From NCBI RefSeq assembly GCF_001462395.1, contig NZ_LNTB01000001.1, positions 840,001 through 872,000 on the forward strand: 32,000 nt of DNA. Reading direction: 5' to 3'. The notes beneath the pieces were generated by a model, which was not told where the DNA came from, did no database searches, and saw nothing but the letters and a program-made list of their open reading frames with translations. Below are positions 23,820 to 32,000 of the stretch, piece by piece; the stretch's first letter is position 1, and each line of letters opens with the position of its first letter. Position numbers and translations under genes: made by a program. Source of the stretch: Pyrodictium occultum. GTDB taxonomy: Archaea > Thermoproteota > Thermoprotei_A > Sulfolobales > Pyrodictiaceae.

Positions 23820-24443
23820 CTACACCACCCTGAGGAGATGATAGCCCTGGATCTCCAGCTTTTCCACCACCTGGTAGGGGAGCCTCTCCTCGTGCCTGGG
23901 GCTGTCGATGACCAGGGTGTGGTACTCTCCCTGCTCGCCGAGGGGGTCTACCCCGGCCCGCTTGGCGTCCTCCACTAGCTCCTCCACAGTATCGCGTGAG
24001 AAGACCCTGCCCAGCCACCGGCTAAGCCTGGCGTCAACCCCGGTGAAGAGCGCCTCTATCCCCGCCTCGGCCTCCCGGTAGGCCAGCTCCACGGGATCCA
24101 TGCCCCAGAGGGGCTCGCTCAGCCTGGCCCCCGCGTCTGCAGCCACAGCCTCCATGTAGCGGAGGTGGTCCTCGACATAGACGTCGCCCGCGACCACCTC
24201 GTCCGCGCCTAGCCTGCGTAGGATCTCGACAGTCTCTTCCCTCTCCCTCCCCCTGTGGAGCCTCGCCACCACCACCGGTATCCCGGCCAGGTTGAGGGTC
24301 TCCACGGTCTTCCCGAGGTTCAGCAGGTGGGGGCTGGGCCTGGGGAAGCGGTAGACCAGCACCAGGCCGAGGTCCACCGGCCACCTCTGCATCGCTGCGT
24401 AGAGGGAGTCCTTGCCCCCGGATAGCAGGGCCACTCGGACCAA
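23820..24443 (-). CDS. diphthine--ammonia ligase-like ATP pyrophosphatase (MJ0570/Dph6 family)
   Basis: It has the PP-loop VALLSGGKDSLYA and the C-terminal GEQGEYHTLVIDSP typical of the family. The longest ORF opens at GTG 24503, but its first codons are the AT-rich TATA region itself. Plausible starts are TTG 24443 (MVRVALLSGGKDS), GTG 24455 or GTG 24461. It lies 4 nt upstream of the AsnB-like gene. Confidence 0.78.
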   Translation of the reverse strand: MVRVALLSGGKDSLYAAMQRWPVDLGLVLVYRFPRPSPHLLNLGKTVETLNLAGIPVVVARLHRGREREETVEILRRLGADEVVAGDVYVEDHLRYMEAVAADAGARLSEPLWGMDPVELAYREAEAGIEALFTGVDARLSRWLGRVFSRDTVEELVEDAKRAGVDPLGEQGEYHTLVIDSPRHEERLPYQVVEKLEIQGYHLLRVV

Positions 24444-24470
24444 TGGGCTGCCCACCGGCACCCTTCCAGC

Positions 24471-24490
24471 AATATCCTTAAATAATATCT
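24471..24490. promoter_or_regulatory. shared AT-rich divergent promoter (TATA boxes) between the Dph6-like gene and cbiM
   Basis: AATATCCTTAAATAATATCT is the only AT-rich block between the two divergent genes. The minus strand reads ATATTATTTAAGG, ~30-45 nt upstream of the 24443-24461 starts. The plus strand reads TTAAATAATAT, ~55-65 nt upstream of TTG 24544. Confidence 0.45.
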
Positions 24491-24543
24491 GGTTATGGTG
24501 CACCGCTGGCCCCGGAAAGGTGTACCAGGGGGCGTGTGACGGG

Positions 24544-25209
24544 TTGCATATACCCGACGGCTACCTGGATCCATACTGGTGCGCAGCCACCTACGCCGTC
24601 AGCGTGGCCTACCTGGCGGCTGCGTGGAGGAGGCTCCGCGGCCGCCTGACACGCGAGCAGGTGACAGCCGCGGCGGTGCTGGCGGCCGGCATATTCGTGG
24701 CGCAGATGCTGAACTGGCCGATACCGGGCGGCACCTCGCTCCACTTCGTGGGCGGCGCTCTCGCCGCCATACTGTTCGGGCCCTGGCTCGGCCCCTACGT
24801 GCTAGCCCTGGTTGTAACCACCCAGGCGCTCGTCTTCCACGACGGCGGGATAACAACGCTGGGCGCCAACATACTGAACATGGCTATCATAGACGGTCTT
24901 GTGGGCTACGCGGTGTACCGGGCCACGGTGAGGGCGCTGGGGGCTACGCGTGGAGCGAGGCTGCTGGGTGCCTTCCTGGGGGGATGGCTAGGCATAACCC
25001 TGGCTGGAGCGATGGCCGGTGTCGAGATAGGGCTTAGCCCGTCGTTCCCCTACGGTGTGAAGATAACTGTGCCTGTAATGGCTGGCTGGCACGCCCTCCT
25101 AGGTATAATAGAGGGTGTGATAACGGCGCTGGTTGTGGACTACCTGTACCAGCACCGCAGCCCGCTGGTCGAGGCGGCTGAGAGGGCCACCCTAACAGTC
25201 AAAGCCTAG
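24544..25209 (+). CDS. cbiM: ECF transporter substrate-capture component CbiM/NikM (cobalt or nickel)
   Basis: Family motifs are GTSLHFVGGALAAILFGPW, QALVFHDGGITTLGANILNMA and multiple TM helices. The family needs the N terminus MHIPDG, because the amino terminus and His2 bind the metal. In-frame TTG 24544 gives exactly MHIPDGYL. The track ORF (TTG 24412) adds 44 junk-like residues. Confidence 0.88.
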   Translation: MHIPDGYLDPYWCAATYAVSVAYLAAAWRRLRGRLTREQVTAAAVLAAGIFVAQMLNWPIPGGTSLHFVGGALAAILFGPWLGPYVLALVVTTQALVFHDGGITTLGANILNMAIIDGLVGYAVYRATVRALGATRGARLLGAFLGGWLGITLAGAMAGVEIGLSPSFPYGVKITVPVMAGWHALLGIIEGVITALVVDYLYQHRSPLVEAAERATLTVKA

Positions 25210-25214
25210 AGGGG

Positions 25215-25517
25215 GTGGGGGCCGTGCCCGGCCTCTTCTCGAGGTACCGGGGCGCGTTCATAGCCATGGCCGTGCTGTTGGTGGTGAGCCCGGTCTTCGG
25301 CGTGATACTGGCGGACAAGCTAGGCTACCACGAGCCCCTCGACGTCGCCGCCGAGAAGCTAGGGCTCCAGGAGAGGAGCCTTGGCGAGTGGACGCCGTTC
25401 AGCGACTACACGTTCCCAGGGCTGCCCGACACGCTGGGCTACATAGTCGCCGGCGCCGTAGGTGTAGCAGTGATCCTCGCCATAGGCTACGTGGCTGCGA
25501 GGCGCGTCGGGCGGTGA
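25215..25517 (+). CDS. PDGLE-domain small membrane protein (CbiN/NikN-like auxiliary component)
   Basis: 100 aa from GTG 25215. An N-terminal TM is followed by HEPLDVAAEKLGL (PDGLE-like), FSDYTFPGL and a C-terminal TM with basic tail (GYIVAGAVGVAVILAIGYVAARRVGR). It lacks the canonical CbiN PPSGEIESLLF motif. Confidence 0.68.
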   Translation: MGAVPGLFSRYRGAFIAMAVLLVVSPVFGVILADKLGYHEPLDVAAEKLGLQERSLGEWTPFSDYTFPGLPDTLGYIVAGAVGVAVILAIGYVAARRVGR

Positions 25518-26299
25518 GCAGAGGACGGGGCTTGCTGGACGAGGCACTGGCGGGCTTCCTCAGCGAGCTTAGGGAGGCGGCTCTCTACCTGGCGGCCGGC
25601 GAGGGCCCAGTGGAGCCCCGCCACCCTGGCCTCGTTTTTCTTCTCCTCGTCGTGGGCGTGGCCCTCGTCTCCTACTCGCCGCCGCTCCCAGCAGCCGCGG
25701 GGCTCCTCGCCTCCATGCCCGTGCTCGCCTACGCTGCCCTATCCCGCCGAGGCCCCGTAGCCCCGGTGGTCAGGTCGGCAGCCTACGTGGTGGGGGCCTC
25801 AGCCCTGGTCGCCCTCCCCCTGCTGCCCCTCCACCGTGGGTCTCAGGCGCTCCTCTTCCTCCTGCGGGTCTCCGCGGCCTCCGCCATGGTGGCCTCCGTG
25901 GCGGCCCTGGTGGGGTGGAGGCGGCTGGCCGAGGGCCTGGGGGAGCTCGGGCTCCCGGGAGAGATCGTGGAGGGCCTCAGCCTGGTGGCCCGCTACGTGC
26001 CCCTCCTCGCCTCGGAGATGCTCCGGCTCCTCGCTGCCAGGAGGGCCAGGAGCCTTGGGCGCCCGGGGCTCCGCGAGGCCTGGAGGCTCCTGGCCGGTGC
26101 TGCCGGGGAGCTCCTGGAGAGGAGTATGCAGCGCGCCACGCTGCTCGGCATGGCTATCGAGGCTAGAAGCCTGTCCCCGCTGACCCGGGGCCGGGGGCGT
26201 GGAGGGGGGTGGGCAGGCTCAGCCGCGGAGCTTCTCGCCTATCTCCCCCCGGCAGCGGTAGTGGCGGTGGAGGTGGCGGCCCTGCTTGCCGGTTGTTGA
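25514..26299 (+). CDS. cbiQ: ECF transporter transmembrane (T) component CbiQ/EcfT
   Basis: It is polytopic and Ala/Leu-rich, with the C-terminal coupling region LLAARRARSL....MAIEARSL. The track ORF opens at 25388, inside the previous gene. GTG 25514 overlaps the upstream TGA in GTGA, a typical coupled start. Confidence 0.78.
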   Translation: MSRGRGLLDEALAGFLSELREAALYLAAGEGPVEPRHPGLVFLLLVVGVALVSYSPPLPAAAGLLASMPVLAYAALSRRGPVAPVVRSAAYVVGASALVALPLLPLHRGSQALLFLLRVSAASAMVASVAALVGWRRLAEGLGELGLPGEIVEGLSLVARYVPLLASEMLRLLAARRARSLGRPGLREAWRLLAGAAGELLERSMQRATLLGMAIEARSLSPLTRGRGRGGGWAGSAAELLAYLPPAAVVAVEVAALLAGC

Positions 26300-27098
26300 G
26301 GCCCGTGGCGTCTGGTTCGAGTACTCCCGCGGCAGCCCGGTGCTGCGGGGCGCCAGCCTCCGGGCGGGCCCCGGCGAGGTTGTGGCGCTGGCCGGGCCCA
26401 CGGGCTCTGGGAAGTCGACGCTCCTCCTCATCCTGGCCGGGCTGCTGAGGCCGAGCCGGGGGGAGGTGCTTCTCGACGGCAGGCCGCTGTGGAGCCAGCT
26501 GCCGGGGGCTAGAAGGAGGATAGGCTTGCTCTTCCAGAACCCCGACGACCAGCTCTTCAACCCCACGGTGTACGATGAGATAGCCTACGCTCTCCGCGGC
26601 CTCGGGCTCCCCGGGCGCGTGATTGAGGAGAGGGTGGAGAGGGTTGCCCGGAGGCTAGGGATCCAGGGGCTCCTGAGCCGGCCGCCCTACAGGCTGAGCG
26701 TGGGGCAGCGCCGTCTGGTAGCCCTTGCCTCCATACTTGTCTACGACCCCGACGTGCTGCTCCTGGACGAGCCCACTGCCAACCTGGACCGGGCCGGGGT
26801 GGAGAAGCTGTTCAGCATAGTGCGCGAGGCGGCTGCGAGGGGGAAGACAGTGATTATGGCCAGCCACGACCTGGACGCTGTGCTGGAGCTGTCCACGAAG
26901 ACGTGCATGGTCAGGGAGGGGGCTCTCGACTGCCACCCTACCCTGGAGGCGCTCGCCGAGGGCCTCTTCGAGGACACCTCGCTCCCCATACCGATATCCA
27001 TGAGGCTTCTCCGTGACCGGCTCGGCGGCTGGAGGAGGGTGGCGGAGGAGCTGGCGGCGGCGCGGCGGCTAGGCGGTGGTGTAGGCGTAGAGGGTTAG
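26286..27098 (+). CDS. cbiO: ECF transporter ATPase component CbiO/EcfA
   Basis: 270 aa. It has Walker A GPTGSGKST, the Q-loop FQNPDDQ, the signature LSVGQRR, Walker B LLLDEPT and the H-loop ASHD. It overlaps cbiQ by 14 nt. Confidence 0.92.
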   Translation: MPVVEARGVWFEYSRGSPVLRGASLRAGPGEVVALAGPTGSGKSTLLLILAGLLRPSRGEVLLDGRPLWSQLPGARRRIGLLFQNPDDQLFNPTVYDEIAYALRGLGLPGRVIEERVERVARRLGIQGLLSRPPYRLSVGQRRLVALASILVYDPDVLLLDEPTANLDRAGVEKLFSIVREAAARGKTVIMASHDLDAVLELSTKTCMVREGALDCHPTLEALAEGLFEDTSLPIPISMRLLRDRLGGWRRVAEELAAARRLGGGVGVEG

Positions 27099-28520
27099 CC
27101 CGTACCCCTCCCAGGGCGCCAGCCCGAGCAGCACGGTGAAGAGCGCCGCTATCAGCGCGGCCGCCTCCCGGGCCCCCGGCCTCCCCCCGGCCGCCTCCCG
27201 CGGCCCCGTGAACACCATGTATATCATGTAGCCGTAGTAGAATACCGCCACAGCGAAGTTGATAACCATGAGGGCCGCCAGGGCGGGGCTAGCCGAGACA
27301 GCTGCTATGAGCAGGTATAGCTTCCCCCAGAACCCTAGCGTGGGCGGCGCCCCGGCCAGCGAGGCGAGGGCCAGCACCAGCGCTGCCGCCGCCACGGGGC
27401 TCCGGTAGGCGAGGCCGCGCAGCCTCTCCCAGCTACAGGGCCTATCGTCCTCGCAGGCCGTGTCTAGCACCAGGAAGCTCGCGAGCTTGGAGAACGCGTA
27501 GCCAGCCGTGTGGAGCGCTATACCCGCCAGCGCGGCCACGTTATCTATGCCCGGGAGCCGGGCGAGCGCCGCGAAGCCGACGACGATGTAGCCGGCCTGG
27601 GCCACGCTGCTGTAGGCTAGCAGCTTCTGGGGCGAGTCCCTCACCGTGAGCAGCGCCCCCAGGTTGCCGTAGAGCATCGTAAGGGCGGCGAGCACACCCA
27701 TGGTCCAGAGCACTATGTGTGGCTCCACCACCGCGAAGGGCGCGACCAGCTTGGCTATCATAAGCGCCGCTATTATCTTCGCGGCTGCGCTCGCGACAGC
27801 TATCACCAGGGGCTTCGCGTTACCGTAGACGTCTATTAGCCAGCCGTGGAAGGGGACAACACCCATCTTGAACCCTACAGCCACGGCCACCATTGCGACT
27901 GTGGGGGTCACGAGCAGCGCATCGCGGATCAGGAGCCCCGGCGATATGGCGGCGTCCCCGTGCACGATGTAGAAGAGCGTGAGCCCCAGTAGGAGTATAA
28001 TGGTTGCAATGGTCCCGTTTACAGCGTACTTTATAGCAGCCTCCGCCGATATGGCGTCGCGGTAGAGGGCCACCAGGATGTAGCTTGAGACGGCCGCGAG
28101 TATCCAGCCCACGTAGACGAGGTAGAGGAGCCGGGCGAGCCCGAGCACTATGACGCCGAGCGCCATAAGCCCCATGACGGCGTAGAAGGCCTCGCCCGCC
28201 TCCCAGTAGTCGACTATACGCGACGCCGCCATAGCCGCTAGGGCGAACACGATAACCACTGTGGAGAGTAGGAACACGGAGTAAGTGTCGATAACCAGGG
28301 CCCCGTTGAACGCTGTGGTATAGCCCTGCGCCGGCGCGAAGGCCAGGCTCATGTAGAGCGCTGCGGCGAGAGCCACGGCGGTGGCGGCGTAGAGGCTCAC
28401 CCTCGCGGCCCGCGGCCCCCAGAGCGGGGCCACCAGGCCGGTGAAAGCATAGCCCACGAGCACGGCGAGGAAGCTGTAGTCGGCCACGCCAGTGAGGACG
28501 GGCGGCACCACGGCTACCAC
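27069..28520 (-). CDS. nuoN: NADH-quinone oxidoreductase subunit N-like (ND2/Mrp antiporter-like)
   Basis: 483 aa with ~14 TM helices. VPFHGWLIDVYGNAKP matches the NuoN PFHxWxPDVY motif. It overlaps nuoL by 7 nt and converges on cbiO with a 30-nt overlap. Confidence 0.82.
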   Translation of the reverse strand: MVAVVPPVLTGVADYSFLAVLVGYAFTGLVAPLWGPRAARVSLYAATAVALAAALYMSLAFAPAQGYTTAFNGALVIDTYSVFLLSTVVIVFALAAMAASRIVDYWEAGEAFYAVMGLMALGVIVLGLARLLYLVYVGWILAAVSSYILVALYRDAISAEAAIKYAVNGTIATIILLLGLTLFYIVHGDAAISPGLLIRDALLVTPTVAMVAVAVGFKMGVVPFHGWLIDVYGNAKPLVIAVASAAAKIIAALMIAKLVAPFAVVEPHIVLWTMGVLAALTMLYGNLGALLTVRDSPQKLLAYSSVAQAGYIVVGFAALARLPGIDNVAALAGIALHTAGYAFSKLASFLVLDTACEDDRPCSWERLRGLAYRSPVAAAALVLALASLAGAPPTLGFWGKLYLLIAAVSASPALAALMVINFAVAVFYYGYMIYMVFTGPREAAGGRPGAREAAALIAALFTVLLGLAPWEGYGLTLYAYTTA

Positions 28521-30595
28521 CCTGGAGCAAGGCTTGCCAGCGCGGGCCAGGCCGCGTGGGCTATGAAGAATATCACCACCGTGGAGAGGATCGCCGCGAG
28601 CACCATTCCAGCCATGAAGTACACGATATAGATCCTCACGTCCCCGCTCTGCAGCCTCCTAACGGCCGCACTCAGCCCCGCAGCCGCGGCGGGCAGCTCC
28701 ACGTGGAGCGCCCGGTCCAGCCTCAGCTCAGCCCCCTCCTGCAGCGCCCCAATCATCCTCCAGCCCGCCCGGGCCACGCCGCCGTGCACAGCCAGGTCCA
28801 GCAGCTCCTCCACACGGGCCAGGGCGCGCGAGAGCCACGCGCCCGGGTAGACTACGAGCCTGTATATCAGAGGGTTCACCAGCCACCTGTCGTAGAGGAA
28901 CCCGTGGAGAGCACCCAGCAGGGGCCTCTCTTCAACCCCCCGTAGGGGGAGGAGGCGGGCGCGGTAGAGCAGGATCCCCGACGCCCCCAGCGCTGCAGCG
29001 AGGGTGCCGTAGGCCACCACGCCCAGCTCCTCCCTGAAAGCATGGAGCCCCACGGCCTCCTCCAGGAGGCGCGCGAGCCAGGGCCAGGCGAGGCCGAGGC
29101 CCAGGGAGGCCAGGCCGAGGGCCAGGTAGGGGCCCAGCATCAGCCAGCCGGGCTCCCCGGCGTGGCGCTCCCCCCGGGGCGGGGCGAGGAACACGTAGTA
29201 GATCATCCTAACTGTGTAGAACGCTGTGAGCACAGCGGTGGCCAGCGCGGCTAGGCTGGCCCAGCCGCCGAGCAGGCCTATCGCCTCCACGGCCAGGTCC
29301 TTGCTCCACCAGCCCGAGAAGGGCGGCAGCGCGGCCAGGCTCAGCCCGGCCAGGAGGAAGGCTAGGAACGTGTAGGGCATTGAGCGCCGCAGCCCGCCCA
29401 TGTCTGTTATGTAGCGGCTGCCCACCTCGTGTATCACCGCGCCGGCGGCGAGGAAGAGCGCCGCCTTGAACACGGCGTGGGAGATTAGGTGGGCCAGCCC
29501 CCCGAGGCTGCCGAGGGCCGGGCTCCCCGCGGCCGCGGCGGCGAAGACGGCGGCCATCATGTAGGATAGCTGGCTGGCCGTGGAGAATGCTAGTATGAGC
29601 TTAAGCTCCCTAGCCACTATAGCCATTGTAGCCGTCGAGAAGGCTGTGAGCAGGGCGAGCCAGGCCAGCCCCCGATAGACGCCGGCGCCGGCGCCGTGGA
29701 AGAGGGCCAGCCCCGCCGCTATGGCGGGGGTGAAGCGGAGCGCGAAGTAGACACCCGCCTTCACCATGGTTGCCGCGTGTATCAGCGCCGACACCGAGGT
29801 GGGGCCCGTCATGGCGGTTACCAGCCACTCGTGGAAGGGGAACTGGGCGCTCTTCGCCAGCGCGCCTAGGTAGAAGAGGGCGAGCCACGCAGCCAGGAGC
29901 CCCCTCATGTTGAGGTCCGAGAGCAGCCAGGCGGCGTGCCCCTCCATCCCCGACATGCTCGTGGAGCCGAGGGAGGCGGCCACGAGGCCCATGCCTATAA
30001 GCATGCCCATATCGCCGAGCCGCGTGAATGAGAGTGCCCGGAGCCCGCTATGAGTTGGCGTGAACCACATGGGCACCCCGAGCCTGGAGCGGCCGGGGTC
30101 GCCCACCCACGCCTCCTCCCGGTCGTCGTGGTAGAAGCTTATGAGGGCCCAGCTGGAGAGCCCGGTGCCCTCCCAGCCTATGAACATTACAACAAGGTCG
30201 TCGGCGTAGACGAGCAGCAGCATGCTAGCCACGAAGAAGCTGTAGAACAGCCAGTACCTGGCCGCCCCCCACTCTCCTATGTAGTCGACGCTGTAGAGGG
30301 CTATCAGCAGGCTGAGGGTGGAGACGACCACCCCCACTATCCCGGAGAGCGCATCCACCCGGAGCGCCAGGTCGACGCCGAGCCCGGGCACCCAGGGATA
30401 GCTGAGCCTCCCCTCCCCCGCGGCGAGCGCGAGCCAGGAGAACACGGTGGCCGCTGCGGCGCCCGCCACCCCGGTCCAGGCAATCCTCCTCCAGCCGGAG
30501 CCGAGCACGGCGAGCAGCACCACGGCTAGGGCCGCCAGGTACTCGGACGCCACCGCCGCCAGCGCCAGCAGCCCGGGCGAGGCCATCCAGCCCAC
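28514..30595 (-). CDS. nuoL: NADH-quinone oxidoreductase subunit L-like (ND5)
   Basis: 693 aa (GTG 30595 or ATG 30586). FPFHEWLVTAMTGPTSVSALIHAATMVKAGVYF is the NuoL/ND5 signature. The long C-terminal extension is consistent with the lateral helix. Confidence 0.88.
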   Translation of the reverse strand: MGWMASPGLLALAAVASEYLAALAVVLLAVLGSGWRRIAWTGVAGAAAATVFSWLALAAGEGRLSYPWVPGLGVDLALRVDALSGIVGVVVSTLSLLIALYSVDYIGEWGAARYWLFYSFFVASMLLLVYADDLVVMFIGWEGTGLSSWALISFYHDDREEAWVGDPGRSRLGVPMWFTPTHSGLRALSFTRLGDMGMLIGMGLVAASLGSTSMSGMEGHAAWLLSDLNMRGLLAAWLALFYLGALAKSAQFPFHEWLVTAMTGPTSVSALIHAATMVKAGVYFALRFTPAIAAGLALFHGAGAGVYRGLAWLALLTAFSTATMAIVARELKLILAFSTASQLSYMMAAVFAAAAAGSPALGSLGGLAHLISHAVFKAALFLAAGAVIHEVGSRYITDMGGLRRSMPYTFLAFLLAGLSLAALPPFSGWWSKDLAVEAIGLLGGWASLAALATAVLTAFYTVRMIYYVFLAPPRGERHAGEPGWLMLGPYLALGLASLGLGLAWPWLARLLEEAVGLHAFREELGVVAYGTLAAALGASGILLYRARLLPLRGVEERPLLGALHGFLYDRWLVNPLIYRLVVYPGAWLSRALARVEELLDLAVHGGVARAGWRMIGALQEGAELRLDRALHVELPAAAAGLSAAVRRLQSGDVRIYIVYFMAGMVLAAILSTVVIFFIAHAAWPALASLAPGW

Positions 30596-30608
30596 CTCTC
30601 GCCGGGGA

Positions 30609-32000
30609 TCAGCCGTAGACCTGCCTCAGCAGGGAGAGCACCGGGCCGGCAACCAGGTTGACGAGTATGAAGAGGGCTACGCCGAGCACCGCCAGGGCCA
30701 CGAGGGGCGCGAGCAGGCCCCGCACGCCCTCCTCCCCAGCCCTCTCGTACGCCCTCCCCGGCCTGCCGAGGAACATGTTCCTGAAGGCGAGGAAGCTGTA
30801 GACAGCAGTGAGCGTCATTGCCGCCGCGACGCCTGCCGCGAGGACCACGAAGGCGCCGGGCCCGTAGCCGCTGGCCCACCTGGCGAATCCGAAGACCAGG
30901 TAGACCTCGCTCCACATGCCCAGCGTCGGGGGTATACCGGATATCATCATGAAGCCGAGGAGGGCTACGGCAGCCGTGTAGGGCATGCGCTGCAGCAGCC
31001 CACCCAGCTCCCCGAGGTCGCGGGTGCCCAGACCCACTATGAAGACGCCGGCGACGCCGAAGAGTATTGCCTTGCCCAGCGCGTGGGCCATATAGTGGAG
31101 CACCGTCCCGGTCTCACCCACCGGGTTTGCGGCCGCGAGCCCCAGCATAAGGTAGCCCATCTGCGATATGCTGCTATAGGCTAACAGCCTCTTCACATCC
31201 CTCTGGGCGAGCACCAGGAAGCCCCCGTAGAGCATGGTGGCCAGGGCCCAGAGGAGGAGGATGGGGCTAACGGAGCCCCAGAGGCGGGGGAAGAACCCGA
31301 CACCGGCCCGGAGCATGGCGTAGGCCCCTATCCCTATCAACAGCGGCGAGAGCAGCGCCGAGACCGGGGTAGGGGCCTCAGCGTGCGCGTAGGGGAGCCA
31401 GAGGTGGAGCCCAGACATGGCCATCTTGACCGCGAGCCCCACGACTATGAGCGCGAGCGCCAGCGCGTGGCCCCCGCCGGCCCCGGTTACGTAGCCGGAG
31501 CCAGGCAGGTAGAAGTCGTAGGAGTGGATGAGGAAGAGGCCCAGGAGGTAGAGGAGCGCGCCCAGGTGGGTCCAGACGAGGTAGATGAGGCCCACGCGCA
31601 CCCGGTCACCGTAGCCGTAGAGGACTATGAGGAGCGCGCTCGGGATCAGCGTGAGCTCGAGGAAGAGGTAGAAGAGTATACCGTTGCCAGCCATGACAGC
31701 GCCCAGCATCCCCGCGGTGAATAGCTGGTAGAGCAGGTAGTAGACGCCCCAGTGCCTCTCATCCAGCCCCATCTCCTCGAAGCGGTGCTCCATGTAGGGG
31801 CTGGAGTAGAGGGCCACAAGCAGGCTCACAACCGCGATGGTGAGGGCCATCGCAGCCCCCACGGCGTCGAGGAAGAGGCTGAACACCCCGACGCCGGGCA
31901 CCCTCGCCCAGAGAGGGTCTAGGACAACCCTGCCTCCCAGCGCGGCCGCGGCCGGGGGCAGGAGGAGGAGCAGGGAGATCAGCCAGCTGCCCGAGTTGAG
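30609..32000 (-). CDS. nuoM: NADH-quinone oxidoreductase subunit M-like (ND4), 5' end beyond the window
   Basis: HLWLPYAHAEAPTPVSALLSPLLIGIGAYAMLR is the NuoM/ND4 signature. My hand translation shows the frame stays open from 31901 to the window edge (...WLISLLLLLPPAAAALGGRVVLDPLWAR-VPGVGVF...). The track start at GTG 31901 is therefore probably internal and the gene is partial here. Confidence 0.85.
   Translation of the reverse strand, partial: LNSGSWLISLLLLLPPAAAALGGRVVLDPLWARVPGVGVFSLFLDAVGAAMALTIAVVSLLVALYSSPYMEHRFEEMGLDERHWGVYYLLYQLFTAGMLGAVMAGNGILFYLFLELTLIPSALLIVLYGYGDRVRVGLIYLVWTHLGALLYLLGLFLIHSYDFYLPGSGYVTGAGGGHALALALIVVGLAVKMAMSGLHLWLPYAHAEAPTPVSALLSPLLIGIGAYAMLRAGVGFFPRLWGSVSPILLLWALATMLYGGFLVLAQRDVKRLLAYSSISQMGYLMLGLAAANPVGETGTVLHYMAHALGKAILFGVAGVFIVGLGTRDLGELGGLLQRMPYTAAVALLGFMMISGIPPTLGMWSEVYLVFGFARWASGYGPGAFVVLAAGVAAAMTLTAVYSFLAFRNMFLGRPGRAYERAGEEGVRGLLAPLVALAVLGVALFILVNLVAGPVLSLLRQVYG

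Noticed and set aside
17431-24526. Shared GTGCAC core between the cobT upstream palindrome and the GGTGCACC site in the cbiM leader, as a common B12 operator
   Set aside because: GTGCAC also occurs at least five more times inside coding regions of this window (e.g. near 9953, 22208, 23515, 27959 and 28784). The shared hexamer is therefore not significant.
27820-31184. Long ORFs overlapping the nuo genes (27820..28530(-) 236 aa; 28556..28945(+); 30050..30529(+); 30447..31184(+) 245 aa; 30526..30915(-))
   Set aside because: These are alternative-frame or antisense readings of membrane-protein genes. The products are R/G/H/P-rich and lack TM helices or motifs.
1-32000. CRISPR arrays, tRNA/rRNA genes, IS elements, integrases and toxin-antitoxin pairs
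   Set aside because: I found no regularly spaced direct repeats and no T-loop/anticodon-arm-like sequences. No transposase, integrase or recombinase motifs appear in any ORF.

Overview
High-GC (about two-thirds G+C by eye), almost fully coding archaeal chromosomal segment. Archaeal hallmarks are AT-rich TATA-like boxes 25-60 nt upstream of starts, form III RuBisCO, CobY/CbiZ/UPF0284-type CobT and an S26B Ser-His signal peptidase. It is probably a hyperthermophilic member of the Thermoproteota (Crenarchaeota), but no rRNA or tRNA is present to confirm this. Content from left to right: (1) A wHTH regulator precedes an operon encoding a SipW/Sec11-type signal peptidase with a long C-terminal extension, two small membrane proteins and two sequon-rich secreted proteins that share a near-identical signal/cleavage-region motif. 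A membrane-anchored C25 (gingipain/PorU-like) cysteine peptidase lies convergent to it. This is my top candidate for an undescribed cell-surface fibre/pilus system. (2) Form III RuBisCO, HIT hydrolase, Sir2 deacetylase, an ACT/UPF0210 pair, thioredoxin-fold proteins, an HTH-coiled-coil protein, an AmmeMemoRadiSam-type radical SAM enzyme and a class II glutamine amidotransferase. (3) A tightly overlapping cobinamide-salvage / nucleotide-loop operon cobT-cbiZ(cobZ-like fusion)-cobY-cobD-cobS-cbiB, in which cbiB is broken by a +1 frameshift at a C7 run. (4) Two PP-loop ATPases (Dph6-like and AsnB-synthetase-like) and an ECF metal transporter cbiM-(PDGLE protein)-cbiQ-cbiO. (5) Complex I antiporter-like subunits nuoM (partial), nuoL and nuoN. 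I saw no CRISPR array, tRNA/rRNA, transposase or integrase. Many longest-ORF calls in the supplied track over-extend the N terminus, and several genes appear to use GTG/TTG starts. All family assignments come from motif recognition by eye, not database searches.
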